Source: Thraustochytrium aureum (lineage: Eukaryota). From it: 64,000 nucleotides of DNA. The notes beneath the pieces were generated by a model. It was not told where the DNA came from and searched no databases. It worked only from the letters and a program-made list of their open reading frames with translations. Shown piece by piece: positions 11,675-24,467 of the stretch (its first letter is position 1; the number at the start of each line of letters is the position of its first letter). Made by a program: the position numbers and the translations under genes. Location of the stretch: assembly GCA_012862495.1 (NCBI GenBank), contig BLSG01000402.1, positions 185,701-249,700 of the forward strand, written 5' to 3'.

Positions 11675-12947
11675 TCACTTGTCGTTGAATACGTCCCCAA
11701 GGGCGTTCTCGAAGATCTCGGTCGCTTGGTCGATCTCCACTTCGGTGCAGTTGAGCGCCGGGATGAAACGCATGGTCTCAAAGACGGAGCATCCGAGAAT
11801 GAGCATGTCGCGGTCGAGGCACGCTTGCCCGAGCTTGGCCTTTGTGCCTGGCGGCGCCGCCCCTTCCGCGAGCTCAACGCCGACCATGCAGCCGAGACCT
11901 CGAACGTCGCGGACGAGGCTGGGGAAGCGAGCCTGAACCTCGCGCAGGTTGCAGCGCAAGCGCTCGCCTTGCTTGGCGCTGTTGGCTACGAGGCCCTCCT
12001 CCTGGATGACGCGCTGGGTCGCGACCGCTGCGGCGCAGGCAACGGCGTTCGCGCTGTAGGTTCCGCCCATCGTGCCTGGGTCCTGCTTGTCCGTGATGTC
12101 CTTGCGCGACAGCACCGCCGAGATTGGGAATCCCGACGCGATCCCCTTGGCGACGACGAGGATATCGGGCACCACGTGGCCGTAGTACTCCGAGTCGCAC
12201 GCAAAGTAGCTTCCGGTGCGCCCAAAGCCCGTCTGCACCTCGTCGCAGACGAAGAGGATGCCGCGCGCCTTGCAAAATGCCGCGACGCGCTGCAGAAAGT
12301 CGCGCGGCGCTGGCACGTACCCGCCTTCTCCTAGAACGGGCTCCATGACGACCGCAGCAACCTCGTCCTCGTGGACTCGCTGCTTAAACAGGAGCTCGAG
12401 CTCTGCCATGGCCATGTCGGAGCTCACGCCGTGCTCCTCGTAGGGAAAGGGCGTCACGTGCACGCCAGAGAGCAGCGGGCCGAATTTCTGGCGATAGATC
12501 CGGCTGCTCGTTGTCATCGCCATGGTGCCGAATGTGCGGCCGTGGTAGCTGCCTTGCATGACAACGACCTCGCTCTTGCCCGTCGCGTGCCGAGCCATCT
12601 TGATGGCGTTCTCCACGGCCTCGGCTCCAGAGTTGGTGAAAAAACACAGAGTCCAGCCCTTTCGGGGCCACCGCCACCAGCTCCTGCATCAGCTCGAGCA
12701 TTGGCTCGTGGTACGCGACGTTGACTTGGCCATGGATAAGCTTGGCCACCTGGTCCTGGGCAGCGGCGACCACGCGGGGGTGGCAGTGCCCTGTGCTCAC
12801 CACCCCGATCCCCGTTGTCATGTCCAACAGCTTGCGCCCGTCCGTGGTCCACATGTACGAGCCGCTAGCGCGGTGCATGACCAAGTCCGAGAGGCGGCCG
12901 ACCCCGCGAGCCATGAGGCCCTTGGCAGCGCCAAGTCCTCCCGCCAT
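11675..12947 (-). CDS. Class-III PLP aminotransferase (4-aminobutyrate aminotransferase-like), frameshift near 12640
   Basis: LLDMTTGIGVVSTGHCHP, FTNSGAEAVENAIK after removing one T from a T6 run, YHGRT, EPVLGEGG, DEVQTGFGRTG, VAKGIASG (PLP Lys). Confidence 0.9.
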
Positions 12948-13954
12948 GTCTGCTGAGCAACCCCGCGCGCGGCACCCGCGGCAGCTCGCGCTAGTGCCTC
13001 AAGGGCGACCCAGGCTCGCGAGCCCTTGGCAGTCCGCCGAGTGCCGTCCCAGGAAGAGCAAGGTGGCTTTTCGAAGGCGGCCGCCGCTAGCCGATGCGCT
13101 CCGGACTCACGTCGGCCGACCACCGCAAGTCCCCTGCAGATAGCAATCGCGATCGACGCGCTCTATCGTCCCGGGCCTTCGCGCTGCGCTCGAGCCGCAC
13201 TGCGGTGAACGAGGACTGGACCAGCATCGCAAGCGCCGCCTGTACATCCGAGTACCACTTGCTCGCCGAAACCGACGTTCAGCTCCGCGCCAAAGCGCCT
13301 CCGCGGACCAGCAGCAACAGCAGCAGCAGCAGCGGCGGCGGCGGCAGCGGCCNNNNNNNNNNNNNNNNNNNNNNNNNNNNNNNNNNNNNNNNNNNNNNNN
13401 NNNNNNNNNNNNNNNNNNNNNNNNNNNNNNNNNNNNNNNNNNNNNNNNNNNNNNNNNNNNNNNNNNNNNNNNNNNNNNNNNNNNNNNNNNNNNNNNNNNN
13501 NNNNNNNNNNNNNNNNNNNNNNNNNNNNNNNNNNNNNNNNNNNNNNNNNNNNNNNNNNNNNNNNNNNNNNNNNNNNNNNNNNNNNNNNNNNNNNNNNNNN
13601 NNNNNNNNNNNNNNNNNNNNNNNNNNNNNNNNNNNNNNNNNNNNNNNNNNNNNNNNNNNNNNNNNNNNNNNNNNNNNNNNNNNNNNNNNNNNNNNNNNNN
13701 NNNNNNNNNNNNNNNNNNNNNNNNNNNNNNNNNNNNNNNNNNNNNNNNNNNNNNNNNNNNNNNNNNNNNNNNNNNNNNNNNNNNNNNNNNNNNNNNNNNN
13801 NNNNNNNNNNNNNNNNNNNNNNNNNNNNNNNNNNNNNNNNNNNNNNNNNNNNNNNNNNNNNNNNNNNNNNNNNNNNNNNNNNNNNNNNNNNNNNNNNNNN
13901 NNNNNNNNNNNNNNNNNNNNNNNNNNNNNNNNNNNNNNNNNNNNNNNNNNNNNA

Positions 13955-15764
13955 GCCGTCGCGCGTGCTTCAAAAACGGGGACGCTCGCGGGGACCTAGG
14001 CACGGACCGTCGAGGTGCGACCATCTCAAAGCCCGCGTCAGGCTCTTGAAGCTCCAAGTCTACCGCACGTTTGCGTTGGGGCTCCTGCGCTTGTGGCAGC
14101 ACCTCCCACCTGTTCTCCTTGTCCGAGGCGCCACAGTCCATCCAGCCGCCCGCAAGCTCCTGGAAGCGATTCGCCCCGGTGGAGCGCCCAGAGATCGCTT
14201 CCGGACCGCAGGTCTTCCCCGTACGACTCGAGCTGCTCGAGCCATCGCTCTCGCCCTCCTCGCACAAGGCCAGCATAAGGTGGTGGATCGCGCAAAACCC
14301 TTTGAGCACCTTTTCGCTCACGTGCTCATTTCCATTCATGAGGAGGACCGCATTGCTCTTCCAGAGCTCGCCCAAGACGAGCAACGCGTCGTCGATGGCG
14401 CGCCGAGTCCGCTCCACGGTATCGCGAAGGATTTCCTGCACGGACGCCCCGAAAATGGCTTTCGCCCGCTTCCAATGCGCAGCGTTGATCGCAAAGGGGA
14501 GAAAATACGTGAACGTAGCCCCCGTGGAAGTCCGCCGCACGTCGCCTTCAGTGAAGGCAACATAGGAGATCGGCTCGAGGTCGGTTGTGATCGAATCAAT
14601 CATGCCCTTCTTTGGGCCATACGTGATCTTGGTCAGTTTGACGCCAAAGCCGAGCACAATATCTGGCGATTGGTCAAAGACAACTTGAGTGATGGCGCAG
14701 CGCAGGTCCTCCATCGTCGCGCTAGAAAATGTCGGCGTGAGCGCTGCGCATTGCACCTCGCTCTCTTCCAGAAGCTTCTCGATCTTCAAGCGATCAATGC
14801 GAGTGGCCCTCTTTGCAGGCCTCGCGGAGCACTCAACGCGCACGACTCGAAAGCCAACCTCGCTGAACGCGGCTGCGATGCTTTGCGGCTTATGGGGCAC
14901 AGGTAGAGCGGGTTTTGGCAGCGCTTGAGCGCTCTCGTTGGACCTGTCGGGCACAATACTCTGGTAGTAAGCGAGGGCCCGCGCTGCGGTACGCAGGTTC
15001 GAGTCGGGCACGCGGCGCTCAAGCCAAGCCTCCTCTGCAGGCCATGGCCGCGTGGCACTGTGGCCACACTTGTTGCAGACGCACTTCGCTGCAGATTGGC
15101 GAGCTTGTGTGACATGCCGTTTCGTGATCCTGCGGTGGTTGTCCTCGTCGACGGTTATGAACAAGTAGAGCGCCTCGAGAAAGGTCCGCACGGTTCGACC
15201 AGGGTGCCAAAAGGCGCATTGGGGCGTCGTTCCGAGCGAATTCTGAAAGTACCAAGCGAAGTCCGACACGAGCGAAAAGCAGATTCTGCCATCGAACACG
15301 TGCGAGTGCACAATGCCTCCATGCAGGAAAACGCTTGGCGCTGAGTTTGGGAAGTCGCATGGAAATCGAACGTAAAAGTGAACCACCAGCCCAGGATAGT
15401 AGTCGTGTAGCTCGTCAAAGTACAGGTTCCCGTGCCACTCGAACACGTCTCGCTCTAGCGGCGCCGCGTTGATACCGTTCACGGGGTTCTCCGCGAGGTC
15501 CTGGTAGTTCCACATCAAGCTCTTTATTGCGAAACTACGCGAGTCGCCTTGGCCGGGCGGCGCGGCCCTGTCTCCCCTACCCATCATGCTCGCGAGAGCT
15601 GGGGCAGTGGCTTGAGAACGAACACGCGGCGGCCGGCGCGTGATGTTGCTCTCTCCGCGTTTCGAGCCTGTTCGAGTTCGGGGTCTGCCAGCAACGCTCT
15701 GCCTGGTCGACCATCGCTCAACATGATGGTCAACATCTTTGCTACTAGTAAGAGATAAAGGCAT
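13955..15764 (-). CDS. Ubiquitin-conjugating (E2/UBC) domain protein with large uncharacterised C-terminal extension; 3' end in gap, start uncertain
   Basis: GINAAPLERDVFEWHGNL, FPCDFPNSAPSV, HSHVFDGRIC (catalytic Cys position), then CNKCGH and >350 aa further sequence. Confidence 0.8.
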
Positions 15765-15825
15765 CGTTCAACATGGGTGCTGCCGCGTTCAACACGGGTG
15801 AGGCAAGACAGGACCCATCTCAATT

Positions 15826-16094
15826 GCGGAAAGTCGAGGCCGAATCACCGGAACGAGCTCCCTAGCTCTAGAGAGAGGTGAGCGTCGCCACAGTGCTTGT
15901 TGGCGCAGTTCGCCGCGGCCAGGACGCGGAGAACTCGCCCAACATCGCTCCCAAAGATGCCATCGCGATCGCGGAAAGTCGAGACCGAATTACCGGAACG
16001 AGCTCCTTATTAGCAAGCTCTAGAGAGAGGCGAGCATCGCTCGCCACAGTGCTTCTTGGCGCAGTTCGCCGCGGCCAGGCCGCAGAGAGCTCGC
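15826..16094. repeat. Imperfect direct duplication, ~115-125 bp copies 145 bp apart
   Basis: GCGGAAAGTCGAG...GGAACGAGCTCC...CTCTAGAGAGAGG...CGCCACAGTGCTT...GGCGCAGTTCGCCGCGGCCAGG at 15826 and 15971. Confidence 0.9.
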
Positions 16095-16499
16095 TGGCAC
16101 TCACCGCGGCCAGGACGCAGACCACTTGCTCGCGAGCCCGGTGAATCCCCGAACGATCCTGGACCGTGCGACGAATGAACGAAGGCTCCTCGCTCTGCCA
16201 CAGTATTGAATCTCACGAGTGCGGATCCCGAATACCAATAGAGCGCCCGGTTAGGGTTCGAAAGGAAACCTAACCTAGTGGTTTTTGAATGCAATGGAAC
16301 AAGCTGACTCGCAGCAGAACAGAACAGAGCCCGAACGAAGCGAGCTGGACGCGCGCGCGCAGCCCGGAAAAGCTGCGGAGCGGCGGCAGCGCAGCAAGCA
16401 TTCGACGAGGTCTAGGTTTCGGAGCGTGTATCGCCGCTGGACTCGTCTGCGTGCAGAACCGAATCGCGCCTTTTGCGTTTGGTTGCCAGGACGCCGCGA

Positions 16500-18062
16500 A
16501 TGGGGAAATCGGCCACCTTGAGCGTCGTGGTGGCGGCCGCCGCGAACGGCCGCGGCATCGGGCGGGACGGGGCGCTGCCGTGGAGGCTGAAGAATGAGCT
16601 GAAAGTGTTCAAGCAGCTCACGTGCGCGACGCGCGGCGCCGGAGCCTTGAATGCGGTGGTGATGGGCCGCAAGACCTGGGAGTCGATTCCGGCGAAGTTT
16701 CGCCCGCTTCCGGATCGCGTCAACGTCGTTCTGAGCCGCACTATGGACCCCGCTAGCTTGCCACAAGGCGTCATTCTCGCCGAGTCGCTTGACGAGGCCA
16801 TCGTCAAGCTGGACGCGGCCGAGAACAGCCCCGTGGAGTCTGTGTTTGTGATTGGCGGGGCGTCCGTGTACGCGGAGGCGCTGGCGCGGCAAGATTGCGA
16901 GAGCGTGTTTTTGACGCAAGTCTACGGCTCGTTCGAAGACTGCGATGCGTTCTTCCCCGCGATGGGCGAGGCGTTCCGATGCGTTGGCACCCCTGAGCAT
17001 GCCCCCAGCGGTCGCCAGAACGAAGGCGACGTCGAGTACGAGTACTTTGAGTACCGTCGGACGGCACAGAAAACCGAAGGGCGCGGGTCGCCAGACCCCG
17101 CTCTTTGCGCAGGGTCCCCGGTGCACCGCGAGTCAGGTCAAGACGGAGTCCGACCGGGCAATGTGTCGCCTGGGCTGAGCGTCCTGCCCGTGGCGCGCCA
17201 CGAAGAGTACCAGTACCTCGACATGATCAGACACGTGCTCAACCACGGGAACGAAAAGGGCGACCGGACGGGCACCGGGACCCTCTCTACGTTTGGGACC
17301 ACGATGCGGTTCAGCCTTCGCAACGACACCCTGCCGCTGTTGACCACGAAGCGGGTGTTTTGGCGAGGCGTCGCTGAGGAGCTGCTCTGGTTCATTTCGG
17401 GGGACACGAGCGCCAAGACGCTGCAAGCGAAAGACATCCACATTTGGGACGGGAATGGGAGCCGCGAGTTTCTTGACAAGCTCGGCCTGACGCACCGCGA
17501 GGAAGGCGACTTGGGCCCGGTCTACGGATTCCAGTGGCGCCACTTCGGGGCCGAGTACAAGACCATGCACGACGACTACACGGGCAAGGGCGTGGATCAG
17601 CTCGCGCAGCTCGTGCACACGATCAAGACAAACCCGAACGACCGGCGCATGATCTTGTCGGCCTGGAACCCGGCGGCCTTTCACATTATGGCGCTCCCGC
17701 CGTGCCACATGTTTGCGCAGTTTTATGTCGCAAACGGCGAACTGTCCTGCCAGATGTACCAGCGGTCGGCGGACATGGGCCTCGGGGTGCCGTTCAACAT
17801 TGCGAGCTACGCGCTGCTCACACGCTTGCTTGCTCACTGCACGGGCCTCCAAGCGGGTGAGTTCGTCCACGTGATCGGTGACTGCCACGTTTACAAGGAC
17901 CACGTCGAGCCTCTGCGCGAGCAGCTGGAGCGCGAGCCGGTTCCGTTTCCGACGCTCAAGATCAACACCAACAACACAGACATTGACGGGTTCAAGTTTG
18001 AAGACTTTGAGGTCGTCGGCTACAAGCCGCACAAGGCCATCAAGATGAAAATGTCCGTGTAG
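16500..18062 (+). CDS. DHFR-TS: Bifunctional dihydrofolate reductase-thymidylate synthase
   Basis: [89 protein letters not shown]. Confidence 0.98.
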   Translation: MGKSATLSVVVAAAANGRGIGRDGALPWRLKNELKVFKQLTCATRGAGALNAVVMGRKTWESIPAKFRPLPDRVNVVLSRTMDPASLPQGVILAESLDEAIVKLDAAENSPVESVFVIGGASVYAEALARQDCESVFLTQVYGSFEDCDAFFPAMGEAFRCVGTPEHAPSGRQNEGDVEYEYFEYRRTAQKTEGRGSPDPALCAGSPVHRESGQDGVRPGNVSPGLSVLPVARHEEYQYLDMIRHVLNHGNEKGDRTGTGTLSTFGTTMRFSLRNDTLPLLTTKRVFWRGVAEELLWFISGDTSAKTLQAKDIHIWDGNGSREFLDKLGLTHREEGDLGPVYGFQWRHFGAEYKTMHDDYTGKGVDQLAQLVHTIKTNPNDRRMILSAWNPAAFHIMALPPCHMFAQFYVANGELSCQMYQRSADMGLGVPFNIASYALLTRLLAHCTGLQAGEFVHVIGDCHVYKDHVEPLREQLEREPVPFPTLKINTNNTDIDGFKFEDFEVVGYKPHKAIKMKMSV

Positions 18063-18342
18063 CGGCGGTGCTCGGGTGTCATGCAGTGCTCGGCGCGAGT
18101 GCCGAGCCGCTGCGCCGGAGGCGGCGCCTCGATCAGAACTGCAGAGAGCTGGCAACCTTTAAAATAAAAAAAGATCAATGAATCAGAGTCTTGCACTTTT
18201 TCCTCTGGCCCTGCTTTCAAAATTTTGTGCATGGCACCGCAAGTGGTTTCGCCCCATCGCGCAGGCCCCCGCGGGCACGGATGGCCGGCGCAGCTAGTCT
18301 GCGCCGCCGCAGGGCGCGTCCGCCAGTCAGGGGAGCAGGTCG

Positions 18343-18836
18343 CTACATTGCCGGCAAAAAGTGCGCGCTCATCAAGCTCCCGATCCACAGCAGCGCTAGC
18401 AGCCCCGGGGTAAACAAGCCGTAAACAGGCCACAGCCCAAACATCAGAAACAGCCCCGACGAGACAGAGACAAGTGCCGTCACGGGAAGCATCTTGGGGC
18501 TATACACCGCAGGGTCAAGATCGCACTTGAGCACGCGCGGGACCCAGACCGCCATGTACAAAACCAGCACGCAAGCGGTAACAAAAGGAGCAGGCCAATG
18601 TCAAACCACACCCTGTTGACCACTTGGCTCGACCGGCACACGGAAAAAAACTCGCTGTACCAGGCCGCCCCGACCGCTCCGGCAACCCACAGCGCCGCAT
18701 GCATTTTCACCGCATACTCCTCTGCGCGCGCCGCGCGCGCCTTTCTCCTCACAGTCTTGCCGTCAAGAGGTCTGGCTTCGCCGGCCTCCGCGCCGTCCAC
18801 GCGGGCGTATTGCGCGCGCCTCGGCCGACTCGCCAT
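18343..18836 (-). CDS. TMEM128-like small membrane protein, frameshift near 18585
   Basis: ORFs 18480-18836 and 18343-18570 join with one extra T in CTTTTG; LWPVYGLFTP motif and ~4 TM helices. Confidence 0.7.
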
Positions 18837-19528
18837 TCTTGCACGCGGCAGGCGAAAGCGGCTTCACCCGCGACTTCGCAAGAGAGGCCTGCAGTACAAC
18901 GCAGCCAAGCAGGCGCAGCGGCCAGGCGAGACCCCGCGCCAAGGCGAGCGAGTAGCTAGCAAGCTCTGTCGCGACCGTCGCAGCTCGCGCGTTTGGCGTC
19001 TGCCGCGTGTTCTCGCGAGACCGTTTCGCGCGCCTCGTGGCCATGGGCCCCACGTTACGAGGCCTCCGCGAGAGCGCATTGCACGTAGTCAAGGAGACCA
19101 AAGTGACGAGAGGGTGACGCGCTTGCAGTGGTTCTGCGGTTAAACGTGACGTAAACGGCCTCGGCGTGAGTGTCGGTTGGAGTACGTGCAGAATGCAGGC
19201 CTGGCAAGCCTCCTCGGGGCTCCAGATGCATCGGTGCCGGCCAAGCACTAACGCGCGAACGCAGACTCCAAGTTCTCTCGTGGAAGGCTACGAAGGCTTG
19301 GTCGAGCCTTCGGCGGCCCTGAACGAGCCGTCAGCCCGGTACGACCTCAGGCGAGGCTGCGTTTGGACGCAACAACACGCCGCTACGACGCGCGACGCCT
19401 TGTTGTGCAGGCGAGCCGGCGGACGGTCGGCTCGATAAATCAAGTCGGGGATTCGGAAGGCGCAGGCGCAGAGTCGCTTATCAACGGTTTGAGGGAGGCC
19501 CCTGCCCGGTGCGCGAGGGCGAGGCGCC

Positions 19529-20471
19529 ATGGACGAGCACAACAAGGCCATCTCGCAGAATGAGGAGAAGGAGCTCCAGCGCGTCTTCACGACCATGTGC
19601 AACTATCAGGCGAAGAGCAAAATCTTCTCGAGGCTCCACCCGAAGCGTGAGCGCCGCGAAAAGCTTCAGGCCCACAAAAAATCTCCAGAGTCCATCGCGG
19701 TCACAAACGCCCACAACGAGCCCCTGACAGAGGCCGAGGTGCTCGAGGAACTCGAGGCTCTCCGCCTCGAGGTTCAAAGCCTGGAGAAGGAGATGCACAG
19801 CCTGGACACAGACCCAAGCCGCAAGATAAAGGCTGGCGACCTGAACGAGTGCCTGCGAACTCTTGGCAAGATGAGCACCAAGAAGGAAGTGGAGGACATG
19901 ATCTGGGAGGTTGACGAGAACCTCGACGAGATGGTGGACTGGGACGAGTTCAAACTCACATATCAGCGCAACTTGGCAGACACAAGCGGTCTTGAGCCGT
20001 GCCAGCTCTTCAACGTGATCCAGTTCATGCTCTACGACAAGGACGGAAGGTAAGTGAAGGCTCGTCGCTGAAGGCGGCGCAACCAGCGCCTCTGAAGTCT
20101 GATTTGCTCGCTCTGCTGGGAGCTAACGCGCCGAGCGGTGCTGCGCAGTGGAAAAGTGACGGTGGACGAGACCATGCACATGCTCTATACGCGCTACGGC
20201 AAGGACAAGTTGGAAGGTGTAAGTTGCTCAACATCGCTGCATCCCGCTGCGCAGAGAGTCGCGGACGCTCACGCGCGCCTCGTGTCGCCAGCAAATGAAA
20301 CTCTTGTTCGGCGACGACCTCGCCACCCAGGACGGGGACGGCGAGCTCAGCTTCGTCGAGTACCTCAACGCCGTGGGCATGAAGAACCGCAAGCAATTCA
20401 CCGGGGCCGCGGAGGAGTCCAAGTCCGACAAGTCTGGCTCCAAGAAGAAAAAGTCGATGGTAATCCCCTGA
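19529..20471 (+). CDS. EF-hand calcium-binding protein; exons 19529-20049, 20149-20218, 20292-20471
   Basis: DMIWEVDENLDEMVDWDEF; splicing restores DKDGSGKVTVDE and QDGDGELSFVEY; two GTAAGT..CAG introns (99 and 73 bp) with GCTAAC/GCTCAC branch sites. Confidence 0.88.
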
Positions 20472-20945
20472 CGTTCAACAAACTCCAAAGCCATTCCGAC
20501 AGCATCTCGCGCTCCCACGATCTTGAAAACGGCGCCTCCCACCGGCAGCCTCCGTCCCCGTCCTGCTCCGGCTCAGTTCGTTGCAAGCGCAGCCCCGATG
20601 CTGCGGAAGGACCGCCTCGAGTCGAGGCCACAACTCGTATTCTCAATCCAGGTCAACTTGGAACGAGCATGTTTTTTCGAAACCAAACCCGAACCAAACG
20701 CCAGTCGCGGCCAAGGACGCGCGCGCGAGTGCCGCTGCAGGACGCGTTGGGGCGGCGCCACGCGTTGCGTGGTTGACGCGCGTTGCCCGCCTCGCCTCGC
20801 TTGATTGGCCAAGACACGCGTTGCTTGGTGGACCCGCATTGCTTGGTGCACCGCATTGCTGGATTGACGCAGTTCGCCCTCCGCGTGGTGCTCGACGCGT
20901 GGTGCTGCCTGGTGCGAGTTGCCGCCGCGCGCGGCTGGCTGCAGG

Positions 20946-23412
20946 ATGCGCTGGGAAGCAGCCGGCAGCGGCGGCGGCGAGGCGAGTGACGGTGCGTCGC
21001 AGGTTTCTGTTGGCGGGCTGTCGTTCACGTCCTCGCAGGTCCGTGTGAGCGCGCCACGCGCAGCAGGAGCAGGTGAGGCTACGCCGCACGTGGAGAGCGT
21101 TGACGCGCTGATGAGCCAGGCGAGCCAGCTCGAAGCCACGCTCAAACGGCTCGCGAGACGGGCTGCTGCGAAAAATGAGACGCCTTTGATGGAGGGGCTC
21201 GATGCGAACGGCGACAAGCGGCACCAGGCTCGCGGGGCTGCCTGCCGCGACGCGAGCGCGCCCTCGGAACAGCATCCGCGACCAGCCCCGTCGGGCTCTA
21301 TCTTTAGCGCGGTGGCGCCAGAGGGACCGGGGCCCGTTCAAAGCGGCGGTTCCTCGTCGGCCTTGGGAACCAGCAACGCTCTCTCGCAGGCAGACCAGCT
21401 GGCGGACCGCATCAAAGCTCTCGCAGAGCGGCTAAAGCCACGTGCGAGGGAAGACGCCTCCGGAACTAACCAATCAGAAGGGCCCAGAGCGCAGGCCGGC
21501 CCAAGCCCACGCGTTGCCCAGGCAAGCCCTGTTGCCCAGGCAAGCCCTGTTGCCCAGGCAAGCCCTGTTGCCCAGGCAAGCCCCATTGCCGGGCGGCGCG
21601 GGCAGGAGGGAGACACGAGCAACATCAGCACCAGCTCTGGCGGCCGGCATGGCGAACACGGGGATATCGAAGCGAGGACGGGCCTCGCAGCGCTGGAATC
21701 GGGCCAAAACTCACCCCGCGGTCCGCAGCACGTGTTCGGGGCCAACCAAGCAAAGTCAAAGCCGTCAGCCGTCGCGCCTGGGTTCGCTCTTGCTCTCACG
21801 AGCCAAGAGATCGCCAACATCGGCGGCGAGCGCGGCATACACGCCCTCGGCATTTCTACTGACGCCGTGCCAGCTGCCGCACCAAGTCGCCAACCGGCTG
21901 CTGCACGGGCTGCGCTCGGCGATGGCGGCGCCCACTCCACGAGCCTGGTCCAATCTCGACTCGCATTTCCAAAGGTACCGACGCGGACGAGCTCATGCTT
22001 TGACGTTGATGAGCCCGACGCGGACGAAGACAGGCTCGCACCGCCCCTCGCCAGCCAAGAGTCTACTCCGGGCTTGGCTGCCGAGCCGCACGGGTCGCGA
22101 CGCAATGCGGACAAAAAGTTCGAGTCTGGCGCATGGTTGGCTCTTTGTGAACGCTTTGGGGTTTGGAACCAGCCGCAGCCTGGCCGCTTCTCGCCCAGCG
22201 CAGAAGCGAGCACGATCGACAAGATCGTCAACAACGGGCTTGGGGACAGCAGAAAGGTGGCTTTCCTCGCGGTCTTCGTGACCAAGATCGTGTTCTTGGA
22301 AGAGGGCGCGATGGCTGTGCTCGCAGACCCGACAGGCGAAATTCAGAGCGAGGTCCACTCGCAGGTCTTCGCAAACAAGTCGATCGAATTTGCGGAAGGC
22401 GCCGCTGTGGCCCTCAAAAACGTTACGGTCTTTCGTTCACACCTGAATCGCGAAGGCTACGCGACGCATTCTATTATTATCACGATGCGGAACGTCGAGT
22501 GCGTGCTGCCTGCCTCGACGCCCAAGCCAAGCTTGTTCAACTCGCGATGCGACTTGGCAAGCTCGGAGGTGGGCGGGGTCGCGCAAGGTGCGGCTAGCCA
22601 CCCCACTGCGCGCTCCTCGGCGGAGGACGACCGCGACGATGAGCAAGACGACATCATCGGCTGGCTCTCTGAGAACGCTACAGGCCCGAGCCAGGCAGAA
22701 GGAGTAGCCCACGATGACGCAGCCCGCCCGACGAGGAAGGGGTGAACGGCTCCAAGACGAGCTTAGCCAAGAGTCTAAATCAGCCAGACTGGGTGAAGAG
22801 AGGTCGAGATCGGCCAGGCTGGGTGCAGAGCGATTTGAGGCAATTGCCGAGGCGTCAGCCCAAAGCTCTGGTTGGCCGCGCGCCAAGGCAAGCGCACCGC
22901 CGCGTGGAGTTGGCGACGAGGTAGAGCGCCGCGCAAAACGCATCGCCGCACTTCGGCAGTTTGTAGATGCCGACGAATCAGATGAGGACCAGGAGGAGCC
23001 TGCTGGCTCTGCACGGGCAGCTCCGCAGCCGAGACGCGACGCTGAGCTTGGCACCGTCAGCGACTGCAGAACACAGAACCTCGACGACGTGCTGCTTTGC
23101 AGCCAAGCAGCCTCACAAGTCCTGAACCAAGCTCGACCGCAGCGCCAAGCGCATGTGGCTTGGCAAGCTTCACCTGATGCTCCGGTGTCGGAGGTGGCGA
23201 CGCAGGACCTTGACTCAATACTGGTCGGCAGCGATGCTTCTCAGATGTCAAGCCGCCAGACTCACGAGCAGCAAACTCCAAAGCCAGTTCCTCAGACTGG
23301 GCAAACTCTGGCCAGCCAAGGGAGCGCGTTCAACGACTCCGCGTGGCTCGACCAGTTTGGTGAAGGAGGGGGGAGCGACGACGAGGATGGCGACGCCGCC
23401 GCCGCCTTTTGA
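20946..23412 (+). CDS. HROB/MCM8IP-like OB-fold (DUF4539) protein; probable frameshift near 22740; start uncertain
   Basis: KVAFLAVFV...LADPTGEIQSEVH...GAAVALKNVTVF...IITMRNV within disordered flanks; continues in the 22714-23412 frame. Confidence 0.72.
21513..21584 (+). repeat. 18-bp coding tandem repeat (VAQASP x4)
   Basis: GTTGCCCAGGCAAGCCCT repeated. Confidence 0.95.
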
Positions 23413-23517
23413 AGCCACGACGAGCACCTTCTCCCAACAACCTTGTTCTAAACAACGACCGCTGCAATGCCGAAATCGCTCCGCTTCGCCGCAGTCGCTC
23501 CGCTTCGTCGCAGTCGC

Positions 23518-24192
23518 TCAGATCCCTGGTGCGAGCCGCTGCGGTTCCGCTACTTGCACGTGTCGGCCAACATTGCCGCCTGGCTGAAAGCGTCGTCGTC
23601 CGGACTCGCCGCCCTCCGAAGCGAGTAGTGTTGGCGAGTTGTGGAGCGTCTGTCTCTTGCGCCGTCGAACTGCACCGGCTGCCGTGTCGGGAAGCTGCGT
23701 TGGCTGGAGGCCCAATGCCGGTTGCACCGACTGCGCTTGCGAGGGCTGCGCTTGCAACGGTTGGAGCCCCTCGGGCGCTTGCCGCTCCCCTGCACCCGCA
23801 TCTGTCGCACTGGGGTGTGCCTCGGGCTTGGCCCTCGGCTCGGGCGCCGTTTGGGCAGCGCTCGTTTCGCTCGGGCGCACCGCGGCCCTCTCGCTACCAC
23901 GCGGACCGACAGTCTCGTCGGGTTCTGTAAGACCCGCCTCGCCTCGTCGAGCTCGAGCACCTCGCCGACTTGGGTCGGCGGACGGTGAGGGAGGAGGATC
24001 TGGCCGGACGAAATCGCTCCTCGGATCACTTCGCGGGTGCCAGGCGGCCGGTCTTCCTCGGCGTTCGCCAAGGAGTGCGTGATAGGCGAGCGACGGCGGA
24101 ACTGCGCATGCTTGCGCGCTGTCGCTCGAGGAAAGGACCACTGCAAGCACGAGCGATAGGCGAAGAGTCAGCTTGACATGCTGCATCCGCAA
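23518..24192 (-). CDS. Hypothetical low-complexity protein, possibly secreted, or the membralin C-terminal part
   Basis: 224-aa ORF with a hydrophobic N-terminal stretch and P/Q/A-rich tail; adjacent to a gap. Confidence 0.3.
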   Translation of the reverse strand: MRMQHVKLTLRLSLVLAVVLSSSDSAQACAVPPSLAYHALLGERRGRPAAWHPRSDPRSDFVRPDPPPSPSADPSRRGARARRGEAGLTEPDETVGPRGSERAAVRPSETSAAQTAPEPRAKPEAHPSATDAGAGERQAPEGLQPLQAQPSQAQSVQPALGLQPTQLPDTAAGAVRRRKRQTLHNSPTLLASEGGESGRRRFQPGGNVGRHVQVAEPQRLAPGI

Positions 24193-24467
24193 TCGCGCCA
24201 GCGGAGCACCATAGCTGGACTGCTGTTCGCAAATGCGACCCTACAAAAGCGCGAGCGAAACCAAAGCTAATNNNNNNNNNNNNNNNNNNNNNNNNNNNNN
24301 NNNNNNNNNNNNNNNNNNNNNNNNNNNNNNNNNNNNNNNNNNNNNNNNNNNNNNNNNNNNNNNNNNNNNNNNNNNNNNNNNNNNNNNNNNNNNNNNNNNN
24401 NNNNNNNNNNNNNNNNNNNNNNNNNNNNNNNNNNNNNNNNNNNNNNNNNNNNNNNNNNNNNNNNNNN

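Noticed and set aside
10333..11877. 514-aa extended SUMT ORF, and similar upstream extensions of HSP90, NRT2, ZIP and the AAA ATPase
   Set aside because: Extensions run through microsatellites and promoter DNA and overlap neighbouring genes; internal ATGs match family starts
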